Positions 53,673-64,000 of a stretch of 64,000 nt of DNA are shown here, in pieces. The DNA comes from Balanoglossus misakiensis (Eukaryota; Animalia; Hemichordata): assembly GCA_040954595.2 (NCBI GenBank), contig CM082583.2, positions 9,685,656-9,749,655 of the forward strand. Reading direction: 5' to 3'. The first letter of the stretch is position 1. Every line of letters begins with the position of its first letter. Both the position numbers and the translations under genes were made by a program. The notes below the pieces were generated by a model that saw nothing but the letters and a program-made list of their open reading frames with translations, was not told where the DNA came from and made no database searches.

Positions 53673-53874
53673 TACTGTAAAACGGGTAATTTTTGCGATA
53701 TCAAAACAGGCAACTGTTACGCGAGGATTAATTTTCGCGTTCTGGTATTTCACTGCATCGTTATACGGTTATCTCCTAAAAACATTTTTACACGACTTTT
53801 TATTTTCACGTTGTTTTGGCTCTCGCGTATTCCGCAAAAATTTATTTCTCGCGAAAATAACCCGTTTTACAGTA
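53673..53874. mobile_element. ~200-bp MITE with TA flanks
   Basis: Left end TACTGTAAAACGGGTAATTTTTGCGA matches the reverse complement of the right end, TACTGTAAAACGGGTTATTTTCGCGA, at 24 of 26 positions. Internal TTTTCGCG/CGCGAAAA-type motifs recur. Confidence 0.8.
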
Positions 53875-56800
53875 CATCCCCCATGTACTTGAAAATGAGG
53901 TTGACCTGCAACCACAAATTTAGGACATTCAGGGCTAAATTAGCGCAGTCTAGAGGAAAATCAAATTACTGTCTTGCCATAATTATCCTCTTTCCGTACA
54001 TATTTTGAGTTGTATGTATATACGGTCAGTATTCAAATTTAACGGTTACACTGTCACTTGTGGAAATTTATAGGCTCACTCCTCCAGAAATGTTAATAAA
54101 TGACTGACAGTGTCGTACAGTTGTCGAGCAGGGTCACAACTGAGAGGGGTGTTACGACTTGCAAAGGGCAGAGGTCTGTGTGATTTATCGCTGGGGCCGA
54201 GTCAGGACTGATCGTGCTCTAGGTTCACCAGTGCGAACATGTAGATTTTTTAAGTATAAATCAGTGAGACTGGGTTGCGGAGAGTCTGCGACATTTATAA
54301 ACCGGAGTGTAGAGGTCGTTCACAACCATGTAACGTGAATGCCAACAGTTGCTAGCCTCCCGTTGATCAATTGTGTTGTTTCAATGGAGTGTAGTCAACA
54401 CCCACTTAACTGATATAGTGCTACTGTCAGGGTGAACTCAGCATAAACAAGGCAGATTTTTAAAAAGCAATCAACCACAGTGATAAAACTGTCAAGTTTA
54501 TATAGATGAACAACGATGAATAAAAAGGAATGGATCTCAGCGCTACAATGTGTATCAGATTTTTATGAGTGAAAAATCAACACTATCTCGGGTCACTTCG
54601 TTTGGCACTTCATTTATTTCCGTTTGCCCTTGCCAAGGATAGAAATTGATACACCCCCCTGTATGTGTGTTCCTAGCTTTTGCCCGTTTGAAGTTAAGCG
54701 TTACGGTATTAAACTGAGATTTGTAGAAGTTCGGTTGTTGAACAATTACGTTCTCCACTCGGCGCCTCCAGGTTTCAGCTTAATTGTTACGTTTCTACAT
54801 GAGTGAACAGAACTGTGGTACCGTTCTGGAAACTCAGTGGCCTAGATCGTCTTGCGTGCTCCAGTGGCTGCTGACAGATGTCTGGTTGTCTCCGTTGGAA
54901 AATGGTGAAAGTTGTGTAAATTCCTGGCGCACACACACAGACACTTCAAGTATGTGCTCATAAACAATTCTGTGTGTTAATTTTGACAACACGGTAGAAT
55001 AGTACAGTGGTCCATAAAAGGAACAAAGATATTTCCTCTGTTCTCCTGATTTGCACTGTCACACACAAAGTGCCATCTTTGTAATTTATTTGTCAGATGA
55101 ACACAAAGGTTGCATTTGTTCAGGAGATCTGTTAAGGTTGGACTCACCTTGTTGCTATTTAGACCACAAGAATAGATTCCAGCATATTTGTGTATTTTGT
55201 GGTATCTCTTTCAGAAAAGTGATTTCATTTGATGCTATTTACCTCGCGTCTCTCTTTTTGTTTTTGCTCAAGTAACCAGCAGTCAATTTTTATCCTACCC
55301 CTGGATTTGCAGAGCTGTTTTAATTAAAGATCGTAGACTATAAATTATAGCCGGTATTGTGGGGTTCTCTTTATGATGGTTTCATGTTTGCAGGGATCTA
55401 TAAAGTGTTTATAGAGAAGTATATATCACTTTGGATTTTATGGCCTTGATGGTGATGAATTGAGAACCAGACATAACAAAAGAAGTGGATTTTATTTCGC
55501 GCAGGACAATCATGCTTAGGGCGAGTGTTTTGTGGTAACAGAGCTTAGAGCCCCAAGAGGTGAAAAATATGTAGCTTATGTGATGTGAGTATATCCTCCT
55601 CAAAAGAAGAAGAAAGAAATCAGGTTGAGATCGTTCTCGTTTGTTGTCAGGGAAAGTGGGTCAGCGCAGTTCATCAATTGTCTGCGTCGTTTCAATCTAC
55701 ATTGTACAATACTAGGGAATTCTGCATACATGCATATGCCGAGGCGTGTGTTGGTTGAACTTGAAGCGACTTGAGCAAGTCCTCAGGGGGACTGTATTCC
55801 TTTCAGGAAAAAAAAAGTGATACAAGTCTTGCCACATCTCACGCACGCACGCTGTCTCTCTCCCAGCATTCAAAGGAGGCAGGCTGTGACTGACAATTGA
55901 AAACATGTTGTGACACAAGTTGTAGTTGTAACGCAGGTGGGAAGGCCAACAGTGATTACCTGATCAGCATAACTATCTCATGTTGTGCTAGACTGTTCTG
56001 TACAATCTGGGTTGATTTGCATTTCAGGCCCAGAAAAACCCAGTGATGTCTGTACATTGTTGACTTTTGTGAGATATGAGAACTTTAGGTGACCCTTAAA
56101 CAGTTAAATTGTTTAATGGTTAGGCTAGCTATTTACCCCTTAAAGATTTTATGGCTAAATTGCAATTGTCTAAACACGTTCAACAGGCAATGTAGGAATA
56201 GAACCGAAAATCAGGAATGATTTTGTAAAAAAAAAAAAGAATCAGTGTTTGTCCTAATGAAAGTGCAGCCAGGAGCGTGTCACAGGCGGTGAATTATGAT
56301 CATATGTGATAAAAGATGCACCTCAGATAACAGGGATATATGAAAGGCTTTGTTGGCGAACACCGTTGTATCCAAGATATACCGAGCGGTCATCTTGGTA
56401 TGTACATGTGTAGCAGTTATTGAGTTGTCCAAGAGGTGTCGTATTCACACCAGAATTCCTCCACTCCAGAACACAACAATGTAGTCAATTTCCTCGTCAC
56501 CTGGCGACTTGTTTGTTGCTTTCTCTCCGCGCTCGGGCCGAAAAGATTGTGTCAAAAAGTCCCCCTTGGTGACGGCCTGGAGGATTATCTAGGATTCGCT
56601 GCTGACGTCAGAAGTGCAGGTTTCGATTATTGCCAAGCGCTGGGGCTCCCTCGCAGTCTAATTAGCGCAGGGGTGAGACAACAAATCAAGAGCAGACTCG
56701 CTGTCGTCATCCTATAATCAGCTCGTAGTCAAAGGGACGAGTTTAGCCGATATTGAATACTGCGGCAAATTAATATCGACGCGAGCAGATCATTTGACTT

Positions 56801-59800
56801 AGAGGTCAGATTGGGTTTGTAGCACATCTAATGCAGAGTCAGTAATTGTGAACATCTAATTTCATTTCACCTCGCGCGTAATGATTTTAACTCTATTTCT
56901 GAACATGTTTTTTTTTCTTCTCTAAGGTATAGAGCTAATTTCAATTTCCTTGAAAGGAGTCTGCATTAAAAAAATGACTTGTTTACATTCAATTTGTGTC
57001 TCGTATAGTTGCTCCTCTCCCATGGGGATCGCATTAACTTTCATTGAATCAATATTTGAAAAACAAACCCGAAAAAAACAATGCAAATGTGAGTAATAAT
57101 GGGGTTTCCCCAAGTGATACTGCAGAAAATGTTGAATACAATATACAGTCAGGTATATGTACATAGCAGACTTACAAGTCATCAGTCTCTATCAAAAATC
57201 TGTACCATGATTGACCTTCAGCTGTCAGATACCTGATGGATGGATGGCTTCTCAAACCTGAACCATAATTCTCAAATATTCATATTTGTCAGTTTTTATG
57301 TTACATGCCATTGCGTGACTACACTTCTAGCGTGGTGACCGTTTCCATGGATACGTAGGTTTGGTATGGTGATTATAATTTCGTAGCAGTCGCCAATCTC
57401 ATCCGTATATAAGCGTAGAAATAGTACATGCCACCAGTTTGGCTTGTATTGACACAGGCGTTCTTCTTCGTCAGTTGACTAGGGTCTACTTAACCTTTCC
57501 AGATATTGCAGTAGTGTCAGTAGACTTGAAATCCATCTTGCGAAAGTGGTTTATTTCTTGCAGTAGGCATCTGCTGTACGTTGTGTAAACATTGAAGACG
57601 GGTCTTTGTGAATGTGTTACTGTTAGGGTATACACAGTAACCCAATCCATCTTGAAATCAGTTCGCATAAGTCTAATTTCTGTGATGGCAAAGAGCGCTT
57701 TCAAGAAAAATTTCTCTCTGACTTCCACGTCCTACATGTACCTCTTTTGATCAGTGCAACAGACTTTCTTAAATTAAAGGAAGAAACATGGCTGTTTATT
57801 CATTGAAATGATAATTCATGCAGTGGCCATCTTTAAAGGGAAAAAAATCTCCATTACCACTGATTTTCAGAGTGACCCTGAAAGAGGCCGGAAATCAGTT
57901 TTTTTTCTTTCATGTGTACTCCAGCCATTTCATTTTCAAACGTGCATACAAAGTCCACGAGCTGAAACTGCACTATGCTCGTACGAATTAACTATTTCTA
58001 GTAAAATTGTGTATGGTAGAATATATATTGTCAAGCACTAAGTGTTTGGCACACATAATACACTTATTGCCCATCGTCTGTCACAGTAGCAGCTGTCGTT
58101 AGCAACGACAGAGTGGCTGAAAATGTCAAGTTATACTCCAATTATGGATATTGGATTGTTATCAATTTTATAGATGGCTGGACACTCGATTCTCATCATT
58201 GTTATTAATGTTGTATGTTCAGTAGGTGGCGTTATCCTGAGAGGCGACTGAACTTGTTTTGACACTATAGCACTGTCTGTTACAGTGAATATGTTATAGT
58301 ATAGAGAAATCAGAAATTAACTCCCCCCCCCCCCCCCCCCCCCCCCAAGAAATGAAATACATCAATGGACTCCACTGTCCATTATTTTAGGGGAGGGTTA
58401 TTTCAATTCTGGGGGGGTGGAGTGAAACAAAGGTTAAAGTGAAATGAATAAGCAAAAACATCAGCTTTGTCAATCTTTTGGTACTAGACCATGTTGTCTT
58501 GTCACATGTGCAATTGAAACGTGTACAATTCTCTTCGGAGAAATAGAATGGTAGCCTGCATCCACTTGGATGGCATGGCACAGATGTTCCAATCAACTGA
58601 TTGCTCCCTGAGGGTATAGGCCCTTTGCATTATATAACTGGGATGCATGCTATTTCAACTGAAAATAATGTTTCTACAAGTACTGACTTGTGTAACCAAT
58701 ACCCCTATGTCTCTGCGTATATGTAAAACCTGTAAAATACATAACAGTTGCCTCTTTTGATATCGTGAGAATTTCCTGTCGTGAATATAACCTGTTTTAC
58801 AGTACTAACTTGACACAAAACTGTTTGGTTCCGAGTGTAGCCAGTGAGTTTCAAAATTGCTCTGTCCTTTGTATTCACAGAACCAAAGTCAAGCCATTCG
58901 TGGAAAATACACGAATGACAAATAAATTTTGATGAATGGTGATGCAGGATATTAAAACACAATATCATTTGCCCTTGGTTTGATGACCCTATTTCCCACT
59001 CTGCTTTGTATTTCCTGCCTGGCCAGTTTCACATTCGCTTTCTCGTTTGGGCATCTTATCTCATTCATATTTTGCATTTACCTTGTACTTGCCGTCACCT
59101 CTATTACACATTCTAATTTATTTAAACTTGACCTTTCCCAACGTGTCATATTGGCTTAGTCCAACTCTTTGTCAACCGGCTGCTGTTTGCATCGATTTAC
59201 AATTTCCCCCCGCCCACCCACTCTGTTTCAATGTCGTGGTTCTGTAATTTTTTATTCAAGTTTGCAAGTGCTTTAATCCAGTTAAAAGGGTACATGTAAT
59301 GCATTGCTTTCTGTCGCACATTATGCAGGGTATTATCCGTATGAATACATAACAACGTACAGACTTCTTCAATCACTCTTGTTAACCTCAGTGTCATGCC
59401 CGGTTGATGCCCAGTTGAGATTTTACAAGAGTGTGAAAAGGAGGTGTCGTCGTTTCCTTGAGTGAAGCGTGTGCAGCTCACTCAAAACACCACGTTTAAA
59501 AAATCAGCTTGATCTCAGCGTCAAGGATAATATTATTTTACAGGCCACTGATTGGCTCTGCATGTGTGATGAAATTTACCCGCTGAGTCGCTGCCCTGCT
59601 ACAGACCCGAAACTGAGTTGCTGCCAGCTATACATGTAATTGTGAAAATACTGTTTTCTGTCGGTATATCTACATGTATGTATATTTGCTCTTTCTCAGT
59701 CTGTGGCCTGTGTGTATCGTCTCTCACCCAGGAATTGTGGAATGCCCGCTACTTCCACCCTCCCAGTAACTAGGTTTTAATTAGTGTTTACAAAAATGCA

Positions 59801-60896
59801 ATATTGAGCAGGCTACTAAGAGTGATCGGTAGGTATAGTGTTAAGTGTCTGGGAATTCCTGTGGCTATTGCTGTCACTGCACTTTAAGATGAATGGGAAC
59901 AGGTGCGATGATGAAGTTTCCTGCCTGTGTCTCTTCATCTGTCTCCGAATTTCTACAACTCTATGATGTAAAGATTTGTCACCTGAAGACACTTGATTAA
60001 AGAAACCACTGAAGGATTCAATGAAGCGTAACAGAAGTATTCATCACTTGGTGCAGTTACAATCTCTTGTTTTGTTAGCCGATTTCAGTACATTTGTAAA
60101 TCATGCAACCACTTTGTAAAGTTGTATTCACAGCTACCAGTCGTAAGGACCAGGGCAGGTTAGCAGTGATGTCATCTTCAAGCAGTGATATTATCCATTC
60201 CACCCGTTGTCAAGTACGTCTTAATTTGGAGATGATTAGCGTGTGAAAAAAAAGATCGTCTGAGATCTTGTGACTTGGTATTAAAGCTAGTTTTAATCCC
60301 AGATGAGGATTTCAGACAGCCTTGAGTGCATGTCCCTATGTAATGATGCTCTGTGATTTTGTCTTGCAGTTGACCATCTGAAAACAGAACAAGAAAATGT
60401 ACTCAAGACTGTATGCAAATATTGGAAAACTCACGCACATTGTACACACATCAGACTATACGTACATGTACTAGTATTTGCATGTTCAGTCTGCAAAACT
60501 ACTTGTACAAAGAAATCTATAGGCTATAGAATTCTATAGATGTCTATAATATAGAATTTTTTTTTTTTTTTTTGCACATGGGATGTCTGTCGGGGCCTGT
60601 CATTGCTAGGGGCACCAGACTGTACCAGCAGAGAACAAACTCGGGGCTGTGAGAGAGTCTAGTGCCTTATAGTAACTGTTCGTGTGTGTGCACATGCAAA
60701 TGATGCCAATATCATCGTATCGAGGACTAGAGTGCCGCTAATGCTGTTCTGGCTAAAGGCATCAGCCAGGGTACGTTTCCTGAATAAGCTGTGTGAGTGG
60801 CTGTTCATTGTGGCTCTCAAGATATCCCAGTTTTTGCGGATTAGGTGTCGGTTTCGCCTCAATCGCCGCGCACTGGTCTCATCTGGCTAAATGCTG

Positions 60897-62417
60897 TTTT
60901 TAGGTCCCATTGGTATAGGCCTATATACCATGGGACCTTATGGGATGGGTTGCGTCTGTATGTATGTATGTATGGATGTATGGATGTATGGATGTATGTC
61001 TGTATGTCCGTCCACATCAAAAACTTCAAAACCGCTGCGCGTATCTCCTCAATATTTGGTGTGTAGGTGCAGGCTGGGCTGTAGATGGGAGTTTGTCCAA
61101 ACGAAGTTGCCAGGCCCAAAAATATGCAAATTAGCTTGTAAAATGTGAAATTGATCCAAACTCTGTAACTCAACAATTACTGGTCAGATTGCTTTGAAAA
61201 TTGATATGTATGTACCTTATGTCAACCTCACACCTACCTGTAAGTGTTATGTTGATATCATGGATGTTTTATTTTTTATGAATTTTTTAGTCTTTTTATT
61301 AAATTTATACCTTTACTTATACCTCTATGGTTAAGCTATGTCCACGTCTTATTGTGGAATTCTGGTCTGTGCAATAGTCCTGTACAGTGACTGTCTATTG
61401 GCCAGTGAGCACAATGGGGCCAAAATAAAAGGCATATTTTTGGGCTCACCTGTAACACCTGCTTAACACATTAATTATGTGCATACCTAATTCCGGGCTA
61501 ATTAATAGGGCTAGAGGTTTCGTTCTTGTGGGACATGGACCAGTATAGGGTCAAAATTTCTTGCCCAAATTTTGGGTGACCTCAGGTGACCTTTGACCTA
61601 CTTTCCTATATCTGGGCATCCAGAGCAGGTACAGACTTGGCGTTTGGAGGGTTGGGACTAAAATTGAAAAGCCAGAATATGGGTCACCGTGACACCTGCA
61701 TATCTCATTAATTATGTGCATACCTAATTCCAGGCTAACCAATAGGGCTATAGGTTTGGTTTTTGTTGAACATGGACCAGTATAGGGTCAAAATTTCTTG
61801 CCCAAATTTTGCATGACCTCAGGTGACCTTTGACCTACTTTTCCATATCTTGGCATCCAGAGCAGATACAGACTTGGAGTTTGGAGGATTGGCACTAAAA
61901 TTGAGAAGCCAAAATTGGGGGGTCACCTGTGACACCTGCATATCTCATTAATTATGTGCATACCTAATTACAGGCTAACCAATAAGGCTATAGGTTTGGT
62001 TTTTGTTGAACATGGACCAGTATAGGGTCAAAATTTCTTGCCCAAATTTTGCATGACCTCAGGTGACCTTTGACCTACTTTATCATATCTTGGCATCCAG
62101 AGCAGATACCGACTTCGCGTTTGGAGGTTTGGGACTAAAATTGAAAAGCCAAAATATGGGTCACCTGTGACACCTGCATATCTCATTAATTATGTGCATA
62201 CCTAATTACAGGCTAACCAATAGGGCTATAGGTTTGTTTTTTGTTCAACATGGACCAGTATAGGGTCAAAAATTTCTTGTCCAAATTTTGCATGACCTCA
62301 GGTGACCTTTGACCTACTTTTCCATATCTTGGCATCCAGAGCAGATATGCTTATTGCTATGTTGGTATGCGCTATGTCCTCAAATGGGACCACAGTGTCC
62401 TTGACGCTATTTTTTTT
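60897..62417 (+). mobile_element. Helentron-associated non-autonomous element (HINE/DINE-1-like) with internal tandem array
   Basis: In order: a T-run; 5' inverted repeat AGGTCCCAT (60902-60910)...ATGGGACCT (60930-60938); a (GTAT/GGAT/GTCY) microsatellite at ~60954-61013; ~240-bp tandem repeats; 3' subterminal repeat ATGGGACC (62384-62391); a short hairpin AGTGTC-CTT-GACGCT; a T-run at 62410-62417. Confidence 0.72.
61441..62346. repeat. ~240-bp tandem repeat, about 3.8 copies
   Basis: Units start near 61441, 61681, 61921 and 62159 and share CATTAATTATGTGCATACCTAATT, CATGGACCAGTATAGGGTCAAAA and TGACCTCAGGTGACCTTTGACCTACTT. Confidence 0.95.
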
Positions 62418-64000
62418 CTCTTCAAGGCGTACAGGTTTTATGAAAGGGAAGTTTTGTAGGAGTCAGAACGAAATAGGGCAGTCGTTCACCTTGTAAGAGA
62501 GAAGGCGGGGGAGCTTTGCGTAGGAAGAGCGAGAGCGGTGAATTTGTTCGTCTTACCCGGGCAATGAACTAATCATGAAGTAGGTGACGAGTGTGGCAGC
62601 TACAACACATTACTCTGAGAGGGCAAGCATTTTCATCAATGGTTGTGTGATCGCAAAATAATTTTTATGAGCCTGTCTGTACATGTATTTTGAATTGTGG
62701 TCATGTTTCTTTTATTTTATCTCCGTACAATAATTTGTTCGCATTCTCATAGGGCACATAGAAATTTATGTAAAATGGCTTTGCTTGTACCTCACCAATA
62801 GTGAAGTAGAAGATTTGTCGGTCAGGTCAGCTGTCTGTTATAATGTTTCAAATGCCAGGACACTGAGGACTGAGGCTTGACTTTCAAATTCCAGTAGGGG
62901 ATCATCATTCTCAGCACAGTCCCTACTGTGTTCACAGCTTGCTGGAAGGATTTGGGGGTTTGATGTTGGAATTTGGACAATTTGGCATTGTCTGTATTCA
63001 GTGGCGCCTAATCTTCCTATCCTGTTAGCCTACCGAGTCTTGCAGTGATTGTTTGTAACACAAAACTGACATATTCCATCCTTTGTCTTGACAGACAGGA
63101 TAAAAATCCCTTTTGTTGGACTTCATAGAATTCTTTGTTAATCTGACCTCCAGAGGCAGTACATCGATTGTTTTTTTTACAGAATTAATTCTACAAATCA
63201 GTAGAAAGGAAAAAAGTTTCAAAAATATTTTTTCGAAACGAGAATTCTCCTTTATATTGAAAGGCAGAACAATACAACATCAAAGCAGCTAGGCCAAACA
63301 ATCACTAAATGCATGCACACAAACTGTCAAAAGTATACACGCGAAACATTAAACAGGGATGTGTAATGTGGTAATGTAGATAGGCTGTCTCGGAGCTTCT
63401 GTATATCATGATACCCAGACATTTCCTTTTTGTTCCAATCTATTTTACATCCACAATTTCAATCCAGTGAATCATCATTTTATCGCAGCATTATGAGCCC
63501 CCACCTCTGTCACATAACTTTTTATGTCCACAAACCACAACCACTCCACGATGGAGATAAAATTTTAGTGCCAGTGCACTGCAGACTGTGCAATATCGTG
63601 ACGAGTCTGGCATGATGTATGATATATCTGACTTTCCACAGGCTCCTATTCTAGTATCCATTCATTTTTAACCTGGAAGACATACACATAAACGTGTTTT
63701 TCAGTCCATTTCTGAAGTATACGCACGAATTTCACCCTCATTGTGTTCAAAGTGGTTCACACTTGATTGTAATCGAAACTAAACAAATTACCTTAATTAT
63801 TTGCAGTCATTGTACTGTGGAAATCATTTTATTCCTTGAGAAATTCTCATGTGACTGGAATCTGATGCTGTGGTTGGCTCATTTGCTTCCTTCTTGCCGT
63901 GTCGTTTGCATAAATGAGTGGGCGAGGTCATCCCAAGGACAGTGGAATGGTGAAGTACTGAATACGTCTTTGTATATGTCCTCAATAAATTAATCAGATT

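Noticed and set aside
23099-60476. TACTAGTA copies (23099, 39031, 60469) as footprints of the CT...AG-ended MITE
   Set aside because: Three copies is close to the chance expectation of about two.

Overview
AT-rich, intron-containing animal genomic DNA, most likely a marine invertebrate deuterostome such as a hemichordate or echinoderm (inferred from receptor type and repeat style, not proven). It holds two divergently transcribed class A neuropeptide GPCR genes of the kisspeptin-receptor (KISS1R/GPR54) type, with start codons about 35 kb apart. Gene A is on the minus strand and only its first coding exon (1806-1477, TM1-TM3) lies in the window; it has an unusual Ser at the normally invariant D2.50 position. 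Gene B is on the plus strand and complete in three exons (37051-37404, 50145-50280, 50565-51208; 377 aa). The rest is non-coding: two TA-flanked MITEs (one with perfect 191-bp inverted arms), an apparently complete Helentron-associated non-autonomous element carrying a ~240-bp satellite, a nested tandem-repeat complex at 20-22 kb, microsatellites, and an excess of the palindromes TACATGTA and TGACGTCA. Nearly all other ORFs in the track look like chance ORFs. I found no prokaryote-type system, CRISPR array or RNA gene, and no clearly new multi-gene system. The best leads are the receptor pair and the transposon-footprint hypothesis.
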